64,000 nucleotides of DNA from Macrostomum hystrix (taxonomy: Eukaryota > Animalia > Platyhelminthes): assembly GCA_950097015.1 (NCBI GenBank), contig CATNEN010000001.1, positions 6,820,001-6,884,000 on the forward strand, in the 5' to 3' direction. The notes under the pieces were generated by a model. The model was not told the origin of the DNA. It saw nothing but the letters and a program-made list of their open reading frames with translations, and did not search any database. Position 1 is the first letter of the stretch, and each line of letters starts with the position of its first letter. A program made the translations under genes and the position numbers. This document shows positions 22,901-41,308 of this stretch, one piece after another.

Positions 22901-24617
22901 TGATAGATTAGGTGACATTGTGACAGATTAGGTGTCATTGTGATAGATTAGGTGACATTGTGACAGATTAGGTGACATTGTGACAGATTAGGTGACATCT
23001 GTGATAGATTAGGTGACATCTGTGATAGATTAGGTGACATTGTGACAGATTAGGTGACATCTGTGATAGATTAGGTGACATTGTGACAGATTAGGTGACA
23101 TCTGTGATAGATTAGGTGACATTGTGACAGATTAGGTGACATCTGTGATAAATTAGATGACAGGTGACAGAGTAGGTGACATTGTGACAGATTAGGTGAC
23201 ATCTGTGATAGATTAGATGACAGGTGACAGATTAGGTGACATTGTGACAGATTAGGTGACAGGTGACAGATTAGGTGACATTGTGACAGATTAGGTGACA
23301 GGTGACAGATTAGGTGACATCTGTGACAGATTAGATGACAGGTGACAGATTAGGTGACAGGTGACAGATTAGGTGACATCTGTGATAGATTAGATGACAG
23401 GTGACAGATTAGGTGACATCTGTGATAGATTAGAAGACAGGTGACAGATTAGGTGACATCTGTGACAGATTAGATGACAGGTGACAGATTAGGTGACAGG
23501 TGACAGATTAGGTGACAGGTGACAGATTAGGTGACATCTGTGATAGATTAGATGACAGGTGACAGATTAGGTGACATCTGTGATAGATTAGAAGACAGGT
23601 GACAGATTAGGTGACAGGTGACAGATTAGGTGACATCTGTGATAGATTAGATGACAGGTGACAGATTAGGTGACATCTGTGATAGATTAGATGACAGGTG
23701 ACAGATCAGGTGACATCTGTGATAGATTAGATGACAGGTGACAGATTAGGTGACATCTGTGATAGATTAGAAGACAGGTGACAGATTAGGTGACAGGTGA
23801 CAGATTAGGTGACATCTGTGATAGATTAGATGACAGGTGACAGATTAGGTGACATCTGTGATAGATTAGATGACAGGTGACAGATTAGGTGACATCTGTG
23901 ATAGATTAGAAGACAGGTGACAGATTAGGTGACAGGTGACAGATTAGGTGACATCTGTGATAGATTAGAAGACAGGTGACAGATTAGGTGACATCTGTGA
24001 TAGATTAGATGACAGGTGACAGATCAGGTGACATCTGTGATAGATTAGATGACAGGTGACAGATTAGGTGACATCTGTGATAGATTAGAAGACAGGTGAC
24101 AGATTAGGTGACATCTGTGACAGATTAGAAGACAGGTGACAGATTATGTGACAGTGACAGAATGAAAGCGTCACTAGCAAATAGATTCTCTAAAACCCAT
24201 CAGCTCAAGGACAATCGCGTGTCCGACCTGCTGAGCCTGTACGAAAGCAAGCTTCAGTCTTGTCAGCGCAGCGAAGAATCTCTAATAGCCTACGCTAATG
24301 CTCAGTCGGACGCGCTCAGTCGTTGCCAAGCGGTTGCTAGGCGACAGACGCAGCGCGCAGCCGCTTTGGAGGCCGAATGCGCCAAGCTTCGCGGCGCCAC
24401 AGCTGACGCTGAACGGGCCAAAGAAGCTCTGCGATCTCTGGAGCGTGACAAAGCCGCTAACGAAGCCCGACTGATGAAGGAGGTGAAGCTGGCCCAGCGA
24501 AATGCGGAACGATTGCAGGCCCTACTAGATCAGACTGAGCGAGAGAAGCGAGAAATTGCCGAGAGAAACAATCAGCTCAAGAATATCTTGGCCTCGGCTT
24601 CGGCCGTGTTTAAATAG
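13935..24617 (+). CDS. CIP2A: CIP2A (KIAA1524) homolog: armadillo-type N-terminus plus C-terminal coiled coil, about 815 aa, 8 exons; no genomic ATG found
   Basis: Exons 13935-14045, 14135-14285, 16023-16239, 18133-18571, 19789-20161, 21537-21999, 22414-22693, 24204-24617; phases consistent (2448 nt). Recognised similarity to CIP2A: CLEALLELL, PSLGILTSLLRGN..CQ, SIQAVFHVLLTG..YSANLLID, TYEYLPVCL, and DNRVSDLLSLYESKL...ALEAECAKL. Confidence 0.88.
14354..14997. repeat. Minisatellite, 33/30-bp unit (...ACAACCTGAGGATCTGTCAATGATTGAG...), CIP2A intron 2
   Basis: Tandem periodicity. Confidence 0.96.
15613..15992. repeat. Minisatellite, 24-bp unit CTGACATTCAACCAGATTGTCA(C/T)T, CIP2A intron 2
   Basis: Tandem periodicity. 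Confidence 0.96.
16290..18071. repeat. Minisatellite, 22-bp unit GGATTTAGGATTCTAGTTTTGT, CIP2A intron 3
   Basis: Tandem periodicity. Confidence 0.97.
18750..19698. repeat. Minisatellite, about 16-bp unit GAGAGAT(G/T)AGACAC(T/C/G)G, CIP2A intron 4
   Basis: Tandem periodicity. Confidence 0.96.
20305..21430. repeat. Minisatellite, 20-bp unit AGGATCTGGGAGGACTCCTG, CIP2A intron 5
   Basis: Tandem periodicity with degenerate edges. Confidence 0.96.
22030..22283. repeat. Minisatellite, 16-bp unit TGGTCTAGTGACCCAC, CIP2A intron 6
   Basis: About 12 near-perfect units. Confidence 0.96.
22817..24160. repeat. Minisatellite, about 20-bp unit GTGACAGATTAGGTGACA(TCT/TT/G), CIP2A intron 7
   Basis: Tandem periodicity. 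Confidence 0.96.
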
Positions 24618-24707
24618 TCACTTCTTCGCTTGTCTTTTTTCTTACAATTTTCCTTTTTCTTTATAGCTTTAGGCACTTAATTGCTATTTAATATATTTCT
24701 CATTGAT

Positions 24708-25852
24708 TCTGTCTGCCTGCCTGTCTGTCTGCCTGTCTGCCTGCCTGTCTGTCTGCCTGTCTGTCTGCCTGCCTGCCTGTCTGTCTGCCTGCCTGTCTGT
24801 CTGCCTGTCTGTCTGCCTGTCTGTCTGCCTGTCTATCTACCTGTCTATCTGCCTGTCTGTCTGCCTGCCTATCTGCCTGTCTGTCCGCCTGTCTGTCTGC
24901 CTGTCTGTCTATCTGCCTGTCTGTCTGCCTGTCTGTCTGCCTGTCTGTCCGTTTGTCTGTCTGCCTGTCTATCTGCCTGTCTGTCTGTCTGCCTGCCTGT
25001 CTGCCTGTCTGTCTGCCTGTCTATGTGCCTGTCTGTCTGCTTGTCTCTCTGCCTGTATGTCTGCCTGTCTGCCTGTCTGTCTGTCTATCTGCCTGTCTGT
25101 CTGCCTGTCTGTCTGCCTGTCTGTACGTTTGTCTGTCTGCCTGTCTATCTGCCTGTCTGTCTGCCTGCCTGCCTGTCTGCCTGTCTATCTGCCTGCCTGT
25201 CTGTCTGCCTGTCTATCTGCCTGTCTGTCTGCCTGTCTGTCTGTCTGCCTGTCTGTCTATCTGCCTGTCTGCCTACCTGTCTGTCTGCCTGTCTATCTGC
25301 CTGTCTATCTACCTGTCTGTCTGCCTGTCTATCTGCCTGCCTATCTGCCTGTCTGTCCGCCTGTCTGTCTGCCTGTCTATCTGCCTGTCTGTCTGCCTGT
25401 CTGTCTGCCTGTCTGTCCGTTTGTCTGTCTGCCTGTCTATCTGCCTGTCTGCCTATCTGCCTGTCTGTCCGCCTGTCTGTCTGCCTGTCTATCTGCCTGT
25501 CTGTCTGCCTGTCTGTCTGCCTGTCTGTCCGTTTGTCTGTCTGCCTGTCTATCTGCCTGTCTGTCTGTCTGCCTGCCTGTCTGCCTGTCTGTCTGCCTGT
25601 CTATGTGCCTGTCTGTCTGCTTGTCTCTCTGCCTGTATGTCTGCCTGTCTGCCTGTCTGTCTGTCTATCTGCCTGTCTGTCTGCCTGTCTGTCTGCCTGT
25701 CTGTCCGTTTGTCTGTCTGCCTGTCTATCTGCCTGTCTGTCTGCCTGTCTGCCTGTCTGCCTGTCTATCTGCCTGCCTGTCTGTCTGCCTGTCTATCTGC
25801 CTGTCTGTCTGCCTGTCTGCCTGCCTGTCTGTCTGTCTGCCTGTCTATCTAT
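24708..25852. repeat. Compound (TGTC/TGCC/TATC)n microsatellite just 3' of the CIP2A stop
   Basis: Tetranucleotide periodicity. Confidence 0.97.
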
Positions 25853-26789
25853 GTCATTATTTTATATATTTTCTATATTTACTCAGACGCACACTTGTGG
25901 AATCTGTCAAAAGTAGACAAAATACACCAGTAAACATCCGGCAGTCACCAGTTTCTGTTTTATTTTTAGCTTGCACTTATATGGCATTGTCTCTCTGTAT
26001 TATTATTTCTTTATATAGTTAGGAATATATTTGGCACAGTTGATCACTTATTCATTATTTAATTGTATGACGCATTTCTTTATTTTTTCCGGTAAAGGTA
26101 ATTTTATTTACAAACAAAACTAAGCATTTTTATCGCTATTTAAAATTGCTGTCACTGTCATTGCTTCTCTCACTTGCTGTATTGTTTTTCTATACATATC
26201 GCCTTTATTTACTTAACCAGTTAAGTGCTCAAATTGCTCATAATTTTCACTATTAAAATATTCTGCTACATATTTAATATTTACTAGACTGAATGTAGCT
26301 TTTATTCGCCTTCAATTCCTAATTTAAATGAGAATATTGCATGCTTGTACATTCTTCTTCTGTTGGTTTTAAAGATTTTATATTTTTCATAAATTTCAAT
26401 ATTTTTCTGCTTTTTACAAATTTATATTATAACAATTGCTAATTTTAAATTTAATGAAGTCTTTTGGCATTTTTACCTGGCTCTTGTGTAAAAATTTTAA
26501 TTTTTGTAACCCTTTTCACATTTATTTATAAATACGAATGCCTATTGCTTAAGTCCTAATTCCTTAGAATTTCCTTAAGCATTGTTAATTCCTAATTTAA
26601 GCATTTTATTATGTTGTGTTTTTTGCACAAGCAAACAATAAACCATAAATGTTGTTTATAATTATATTTTTCTTTAACTCCTTTACTTCCTTATTATACC
26701 AACTGGACACCAAATTACTTAAGTTTTTACAGTAAATAAACTTTCACTGTTGTTCATAGTATTTACAGTTCCACCCGCTATTGTTCATG

Positions 26790-26990
26790 CCCTGCAGCAA
26801 ACCCAGGGCAATGTACATAGTCTGCAGCAACCCCACTCCAATGTACATAGACTGCAGCAACCCCACTCCAATGTACATAGACTGCAGCAACCCCACTCCA
26901 ATGTACATAGACTGCAGCAACCCCACTCCAATGCACATAGTCTGCAGCAACCCCACTCCCATGTACATAGTCTCTACAGCAACCCCACTT
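26790..26990. repeat. Minisatellite, 30-bp unit ATGTACATAGACTGCAGCAACCCCACTCCA
   Basis: About 6 units. Confidence 0.93.
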
Positions 26991-27228
26991 ATATGCGCAC
27001 AATCTCTAGGCCTAGCCCACTCCAAATTTGCTATCAATTTAAATACATCAACGTGCACAATTTAAAGAATCTCCTAATTATTAATAGAAGAATTATCAAA
27101 TTACCTAATTACCTAATTATCAAGCGATTAAATTCATCTGTAAAGCATTTACATTATGTGTCGGCATTGTACTATTGTTAATTTTTTTCTATTTTCAGGA
27201 AATTTTATTTGGTTATCTGTGAATAAAA

Positions 27229-30200
27229 ATGGCTAACGAAGCTCATTGTCTGTTTGGAGACTGCGATGAAAAATTCATAATTAAAGTTGACGGTGCCCTC
27301 AGCGACACAGCCATGCTCGAGCAGCATCTAATGGAGAATCATAACCTAGTGATTGATAGCATTGCCAATATTGCCAATTTGCCAGAGTAAGACAGCTTTC
27401 TTGCTGACCAGATACTGAAATGCTTTTTCTTAACCTAACATTGTCAATAGATGCTTTTCTATTCGACCCACTATCTGACCCTTTCTCAATAGATGCTTTC
27501 CTATATGACCCACTATCTGATCCATTCTCAATAGATTCTTCCGTAGTTGACCCACTTGCCAAATAGTTAACTTTTTTATTGCAGATATCTATCTCATTGG
27601 CGCCATCTCATTTCTGCCGAAACTGTTAAAGTGCACTGTTTTGTCTTTCACCCCGAAAGTACAGGTGTTAGCGAAGGTAAAGCAAAAGTTAATTTGGAAA
27701 GTTAATTTTTCAGTAAAGAAATAGTTTTTCTACCAAATACTACTAATCCCTACCCAAATTTTCAGAGGCTCCTAAAGAGTACATGTTTCTATCGCCTGAC
27801 AATCCTGACGATGCAAATTTGCGCAACAGATTGCACGAAGATCGACTGGTGTGTGCATCTTAATATTGCTTCTACTCGTAATTAGGCAGATAGGCATTAC
27901 TATGTTGCTTCTAGTTGTCTAGTTGTCTAGATCATTTTCAATTGAAAACTTTACTTCACCTTAAAAATTTTACGCTTATTCCCTACTACGAGCGTAACCC
28001 TCACTTAACTCTCTCTTAGCTAACTCTTACCAGCTGTACATTCTCTCCCGCCCAACTTTTACCCACTCCAAATGTACATTCTCTCCCGCCCAACTCTAGC
28101 CCACTACAAATGTACATTCTCTCCCGGCCAACTATTACCCACTCTAAATGTACATTCTCTCCCGGCCAACTATTACCCACTCCATATGTACATTCTCTCC
28201 CGGCCAACTCTTACCCACTCCAAATGTACATTCTCTCCCGGCCAACTTTTACCCATTCCAAATGTACATTCTCTCCCGCCCAACTCTAGCCCACTCCAAA
28301 TGTACATTCTCTCCCAGCCAACTATTACCCACTCCAAATGTACATTCTCTCCCGGCCAACTCTAGCCCACTCTAAATGTACATTCTCTCCCGGCCAACTC
28401 TAACGCACTACAAATGTACATTCTTTCCCGGCTAGCTCTTATCCACTCCAAATGTACATTCTCTCTCGGCCAACTCTAGCCCACTACAAATGTACATTCT
28501 CTCCCGCCCAACTCTTATCCACTACAAATGTACATTCTCTCCCAGCCAACTCTAGCCCACTACAAATGTACATTCTCTCCCGCCCAACTCTTATCCACTA
28601 CAAATGTACATTCTCTCCCGCCCAACTCTTATCCACTCCAAATGTACATTCTCTCCCAGCCAACTCTTACCCACTCCAAATGTACATTCTCTCCCGCCCA
28701 ACTCTAGCCCACTACAAATGTACATTCTCTCCCAGCCAACTCTTACCCACTCCAAATCTATATTCTCTCCCAGCCAACTCTTACCCACTCCAAATCTATA
28801 TTCTCTCCCAGCCAACTTTTACCCACTCCAAATGTACATTCTCTCCCGCCCAACTCTAGCCCACTACAAATGTACATTCTCTCCCAGCCAGCTCTTACCC
28901 ACTCCAAATGTACATTTGTTTCCATTGTAAATCAATCTTCAGACTCGCGTCACAGAGCTCTACCTGAGTGAGAGACAATCGCAAGAAAATCTTCCATGCA
29001 TATTTTGCAACGACATTTCGTTAAGTCGGTGAGATTCTGGATTTTTTTCGTAGTTACCTTGTTTAAACTCACTATGTGGTCGATAAAGATCAAACAAAGA
29101 ATATTGGAAATTGTTTTAACTTTTACAGGCAGAAGATATTTGAGCACTTGTCCGAAGAGCACAGTTTCTGGCTAGGCGAACCAGATAACATGGTGTTTGT
29201 CGGCGAATTACTTCAACGACTGGGCAATATGGTCAATGAGTGAGTGAGGGGAGAGGAGAAAGTGAGGGAGGAGAGGAGAAAGTGAGGGGAGAGGAGAAAG
29301 TGAGGGAGGAGAGGTGAAAGTGAGGGGAGAGGAGAAAGTGAGGGGAGAGGAGAAAGAGAGGGAGGAGAGGAGAAAGTGAGGGGAGAGGAGAAAGTGAGGG
29401 GAGAGGAGAAAGTGAGGGGAGAGGAGAAAGTGAGGGAGGAGACGAGAAAGTGAGGGAGGAGAGGAGAAAGTGAGGGGAGAGGAGAAAGAGAGGGAGGAGA
29501 GGAGAAAGTTAGGGGAGAGGAGAAAGTTAGGGGAGAGGAGAAAGTGAGGGGAGAGGAGAAAGTGAGGGAGGAGAGGAGAAAGTGAGGGGGGAGAGGAGAA
29601 AGTGAGGGGAGAGGAGAAAGTGAGGGGAGAGGAGAAAGTGAGGGGAGACGAGAAAGTGAGGGGGGAGAGGTGAAAGTGAGGGGAGAGGAGAAAGTGAGGG
29701 AGGAGAGGAGAAAGTGAGGGAGGAGAGGAGAAAGTGAGGGGAGAGGAGAAAGTGAGGGGAGAGGAGAAAGTGAGGGGAGAGGAGAAAGTGAGGGGAGAGG
29801 AGAAAGTGAGGGGAGAGGTGAAAGTGAGGGGAGAGGTGAAAGTGAGGGGAGAGGAGAAAGTGAGGGGAGAGGAGAAAGTGAGGGGGGAGAGGTGAAAGTG
29901 AGGGGAGAGGAGAAAGTGAGGGAGGAGAGGAGAAAGTGAGGGAGGAGAGGAGAAAGTGAGGGGAGAGGAGAAAGTGAGGGAGGAGAGGAGAAAGTGAGGG
30001 GAGAGGAGAAAGAGAGGGAGGAGAGGAGAAAGTGAGGGGAGAGGAGAAAGTGAGGGGAGAGGAGAAAGAGAGGGAGGAGAGGAGAAAGTGAGGGGAGAGG
30101 AGAAAGTGAGGGGAGAGGAGAAAGTGAGGGGAGAGGAGAAAGTGAGGGAGGAGACGAGAAAGTGAGGGAGGAGAGGAGAAAGTGAGGGGAGAGGAGAAAG

Positions 30201-32195
30201 AGAGGGAGGAGAGGAGAAAGTTAGGGGAGAGGAGAAAGTTAGGGGAGAGGAGAAAGTGAGGGGAGAGGAGAAAGTGAGGGAGGAGAGGAGAAAGTGAGGG
30301 GGGAGAGGAGAAAGTGAGGGGAGAGGAGAAAGTGAGGGGAGAGGAGAAAGTGAGGGGAGACGAGAAAGTGAGGGGGGAGAGGTGAAAGTGAGGGGAGAGG
30401 AGAAAGTGAGGGAGGAGAGGAGAAAGTGAGGGAGGAGAGGAGAAAGTGAGGGGAGAGGAGAAAGTGAGGGGAGAGGAGAAAGTGAGGGGAGAGGAGAAAG
30501 TGAGGGGAGAGGTGAAAGTGAGGGGAGAGGTGAAAGTGAGGGGAGAGGAGAAAGTGAGGGGAGAGGAGAAAGTGAGGGGGGAGAGGTGAAAGTGAGGGGA
30601 GAGGAGAAAGTGAGGGAGGAGAGGAGAAAGTGAGGGGAGAGGAGAAAGTGAGGGGAGAGGAGAAAGTGAGGGGAGAGGAGAAAGTGAGGGGAGAGGAGAA
30701 AGTGAGGGGAGAGGAGAAAGTGAGGGGAGAGGAGAAAGTGAGGGGAGAGGAGAAAGTGAGGGGAGAGGAGAAAGTGAGGGGAGAGGAGAAAGTGAGGGGA
30801 GAGGTGAAAGTGAGGGGAGAGGAGAAAGTGAGGGGAGAGGAGAAAGTGAGGGGGGAGAGGTGAAAGTGAGGGGAGAGGAGAAAGTGAGGGAGGAGAGGAG
30901 AAAGTGAGGGAGGAGAGGAGAAAGTGAGGGGAGAGGAGAAAGTGAGGGGAGAGGAGAAAGTGAGGGGAGAGGAGAAAGTGAGGTGAGTGTTTTATAGGTA
31001 GAAAAAAATAATAGAAGAGAATGTGTGAAGTTATTAAAGGCAATGTTTAGCTGAGAAGTCAAGAATGGGAATTCTATAATGGAATATTATATTTTGTTAT
31101 CGCATCTGCTTCTCCGCCCTCAGCAACATCTGTCTGTACTGCGAGAAGCCGTTTCGCAGTCGCTTCGTACTCAAAGAGCACATGCGCAAGCGCAACCATC
31201 GGCGAGTGAAGCCGGGCTGTGGCGGCAAGTACGCCAAGTACTTTATCAGCGCCTACCTCAAGCCAGACGGAATTCGGCGAGCTCGTGTTACTATCGGCGT
31301 CGATCCCGGTTCCTTGACTGTTGGTTCTAGCTCGTCAGCTGCGGCTTCTTCGTCTGATGACGACGACAGCGAAGCTGACAATGGCGATGAAGATGAAGAT
31401 GTTGCTGTTGATGGCGTTTGCAGGTAAGTCACTTTAATCAGCATCGAAAACTAATAACTATGAAATCTGAATATTCGTCCAAAGGCTGTGTACATCTGTT
31501 CATCTGTAAAGGTCGTGGGTTCGATTTCCGATTCCACTGGAGCAAGATACTAAACTCTTCATTGCTTAAGTTCACCCAGCTGTTAAATGGGTACCAGCAT
31601 CACTTATTGGTAATTGAGGGTGGGTTTGGCGTCCTCCCAGTCCATGGACTGAACAGCTGTACGCGCAATTTCTGCGGCTGTGCTGTCGGCTGCTCGATTT
31701 AGTCAGGTGTATTCAATAGTTATTATTATTAATTCGAACTCATGACCTTTCGGTCTTAAAATGATTTTCTTGTCAATTCAACAAATTCGTCTTTTTAGAA
31801 ACTCAAAACCTGACAATGACCGAGAGCTACAGCGCCATAGTTCGCTGACACAGCCTACAGCAGCAGCAGCAGCAGCAGCAGTCTCAATCGATGCAACAAT
31901 CAACCATCTAGTGTGTCCATTCTGTCCTCATCAAGAGTCGTCGGCCAAAGATCTATCCGCACACCTGATTGAGTGTCATTGTGTCAACCTGCCTCAATTA
32001 ACTAGACAATACAGCTTAGATTTTCAACAGCGCCTAAACTTGTTAGCACTGATTCAATCTTATAGCCTTACCGATCAGAGACGATCAGCTGATTCCATTG
32101 CTCAATTACTGATTTCTGACAGACTTTGCAGAGTCAGGCGACCTGCGACTGAGGTTGAAGTGGCTCTTGCTGATCTGTGCGATGATGCTGACTAG
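27229..32195 (+). CDS. ZNF277: ZNF277-like C2H2 zinc-finger protein, about 408 aa, 7 exons
   Basis: Exons 27229-27386, 27585-27676, 27766-27848, 28943-29028, 29129-29239, 31124-31423, 31799-32195 (1227 nt, in phase). ZNF277-type motifs: HLMESHNLVI..IANLPEYLSHWR, CIFC...HL.EEHSFWLGEPDNMV, CLYCEKPFRSRFVLKEHMRKRNHRRVKP, CPFC...HL...H...LDFQQRLNL. Confidence 0.88.
28035..28916. repeat. Minisatellite, 38-bp unit AAATGTACATTCTCTCCCGGCCAACTCTTACCCACTCC, ZNF277 intron 3
   Basis: Tandem periodicity. Confidence 0.96.
29240..30988. repeat. Polypurine minisatellite, 18/21-bp unit GTGAGGGGAGAGGAGAAA, ZNF277 intron 5
   Basis: Tandem periodicity starting at the splice donor. Confidence 0.97.
31509..31732 (+). 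mobile_element. SINE family A, degenerate 5'-truncated copy in ZNF277 intron 6
   Basis: B box GGTTCGATTTCC, CACCCAGCTGTTAAATGGGTACCAG, CAGTCCATGGACTG, GCTGTGCTGTCGGCTGC, and a (TTA)n tail. Confidence 0.8.
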
Positions 32196-32390
32196 GCGTG
32201 ACTTATTAATTTAACCGAGTCTTCTAAATTACCTATGATATGATTTTAGTTATGATCGATTTAGTTTTTTAGTGAATAAATATATATATTTATCTACTGC
32301 TTGGTTTTAATTGATTTAAATCAATCGATCCTTGTTCGTTCTTCTTTCTTAGAAATAGTATCTATTTTCTATAAGGTATTGTATTGACAA

Positions 32391-32552
32391 GTAGTTGGAG
32401 TTGAGCTAGGTTTAAGAGGCGAGTGGGGTTTTAAGTTCGAATCCGCGGCTAGGCCATATAAGTTTTTAGGTTTTTTGTAAGGCGCAGTAAGAGTGTACAC
32501 TATCTGACGATGAGAAATTCAGGGCAGATGTACACACCTGTGTGAGCGTGTG
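32391..32552 (+). mobile_element. SINE family B, internally deleted copy
   Basis: B box GTTCGAATCC followed by GCGGCTAGGCCATA, then GAGTGTACAC...CAGGGCAGATGTACACACCTGTGTGAGCGTGTGC. Confidence 0.65.
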
Positions 32553-32855
32553 CCTAGTGGTAAGAGCGTCGGACTCACGACTTGAAGGTCGTGTGTTCGA
32601 TTCCCGACACCACTGGAACAATTTGTGTCCTTTTTGCAAGACACTTAACTTTGCATTATTTCTGTTCACCCAGCTGTTAAATGGGTACCAGAATTAGCTG
32701 GGATAATTGAGGGTGGGTGTAGCGTCCCCACAGTCCATGGACTGGACAGCCGTACGCTGCCTTCAGATGCGCCATGCAATAGCTGCGACTGTGCTGTCGG
32801 CTGCACATCTGGCCCGATTGGGGCAGGTGTAATTAAAAATAAATAAAAAATAACT
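32553..32855 (+). mobile_element. SINE family A copy directly abutting a family B copy
   Basis: CCTAGTGGTAAGAGCGTCGGACTCACGACTTGAAGGTCGTGTGTTCGATTCCCG, then the same body as 6617-6942 and an A-rich tail. Confidence 0.85.
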
Positions 32856-33072
32856 ATAATCAGTAGTAACGAGGATAGGCAAAATTGCCTGCGTCATGTA
32901 TCTATGTGCTCAGAAGTCAACGGAATGGGCGTGGTTGCCTCCTCACTGTCTGCGGCTCTAGTGCTAACAAATGCCATTACCCATAGACAAAGATCATTCA
33001 GTTATAATTGGGGCCTTAGTTTGTTAATTCTTATGTAGGAGCTTATATAATCTAATATAATCATTCTTCTAA

Positions 33073-33267
33073 ATCCTGAGCACACACGCACACAGGTGTG
33101 TACATCTGCCCTGACTTTATCACCGTCAAAGTCTACACTCACTGTGCCTTGGAGGTTGGCCCTCGAGGACGCAAATTGCCCCCAAGCCTGTTCTACGCGG
33201 CAGCGCCACAAATGAATGTGGCCTCGCCGCAAAATCGAGTTCAGGGACCTTGGTTCAGGAGGCAAAT
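33073..33267 (-). mobile_element. SINE family B copy just upstream of UGP2
   Basis: Reverse complement of family B: TCCTGAGCACACACGCACACAGGTGTGTACATCTGCCCTGAC...GGTTGGCCCTC...CCAAGCC...AAATGAATGTGGCC. Confidence 0.75.
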
Positions 33268-33407
33268 TTATAATTTATAAGTTTATCAATTTATGAGAAA
33301 CTCGAATCGAAGAACACACTAAATCACGACTTCAGCTATCTGGATCTTCTAATCTATCTAAAACACCAAGTTACCTTCAGCAAAACACCCGAGCAGATAT
33401 CAGCACC

Positions 33408-40200
<6,793 letters not shown>

Positions 40201-40997
40201 GAGACCATCACCTGGCGATCTATTGGATGATGAAAATCAGGATATATCAGAACCGGAGACGAAATACATTTGTTCAAAACTGCTTTTGTTTAATAAAAAG
40301 TGGCTTAGAGATTGCTTGAGTATTTGCTACTTGAGAATCAATAAAACCCAATAGGATTATGATCTTAGTGTTATTCTATTTATTAATTGACTGATTGATT
40401 TCATAGTTGCGCAACATTTCTTCGCCCCTGAAACCTTAGAAAAGCATGTTTTATTGATTGAAATTAGATTTTCATTTACATTTTATTCACTAACTATTTC
40501 GTCTCGCCTGGCCTTGTTTTCTATCAATTGGTTTCTTCGGTGAGTAAACAGCCTGCTCAAAGTTATTTTTATTAGAATCATTAAATCGCATTGCAAAGCG
40601 CCTAATGAATTTGAGGTAAAAATTTTTGTTTAACTTTTATTTCCGCAGTTTTTCTCTGATAATGCAGATGATAGATAGATAGTCTTCTTGAACGTTCATG
40701 TTTTCTGTAGTACTACTTAGAGTAGCTTAAACAAAGTAGATAAAATCATTGTGCCCTCCATTGCCGTTCTATTTCACTAATTTGTCCTATCAGTTTCATT
40801 ACTAATTGCAGTGCTGTGTACTACTAGTTTTACTCTATCATGTCATTAAAATAAATAGTAAGCAACAAAACAAGACCAAAATATAATCTAGCTTCAAAAT
40901 CTTCACTAGAATTTAGATTTAAAAAAATAAGGAAAATGTGTTTCTTGTTTTTTTTATTTATACTACTTAGCTTGTGAAGTCAGTTTCTAAACAATCC

Positions 40998-41268
40998 GGT
41001 TAAATTTGGGATTCCCCATTCTGTTAAGAACTGTCAGGTTAAATTTGGGATTCCCCATTCTGTTAAGAACAGTCAGGTTAAATTTGGGATTCCCCATTCT
41101 GTTAAGAACTGTCAGGTTAAATTTGGGATTCCCCATTCTGTTAAGAACAGTCAGGTTAAATTTGGGATTCCCCATTCTGTTAAGAACTGTCAGGTTAAAT
41201 TTGGGATTCCCCATTCTGTTAAGAACTGTCAGGTTAAATTTGGGATTCCCCATTCTGTTAAGAACAGT
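40998..41268. repeat. Minisatellite, 39-bp unit GGTTAAATTTGGGATTCCCCATTCTGTTAAGAAC(T/A)GTCA, about 7 copies
   Basis: Near-perfect tandem units between UGP2 and the J-domain gene. Confidence 0.96.
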
Positions 41269-41308
41269 CTGGAATGTCATCTTAAAAGATCGCCGCTAAA
41301 CACCGCAG

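Noticed and set aside
24681-26022. Cys/Leu-rich ORFs of 326-439 aa
   Set aside because: Tetranucleotide microsatellite translation.
29208-31062. 611-aa and 511-aa minus-strand ORFs
   Set aside because: Antisense translation of the polypurine intronic array.
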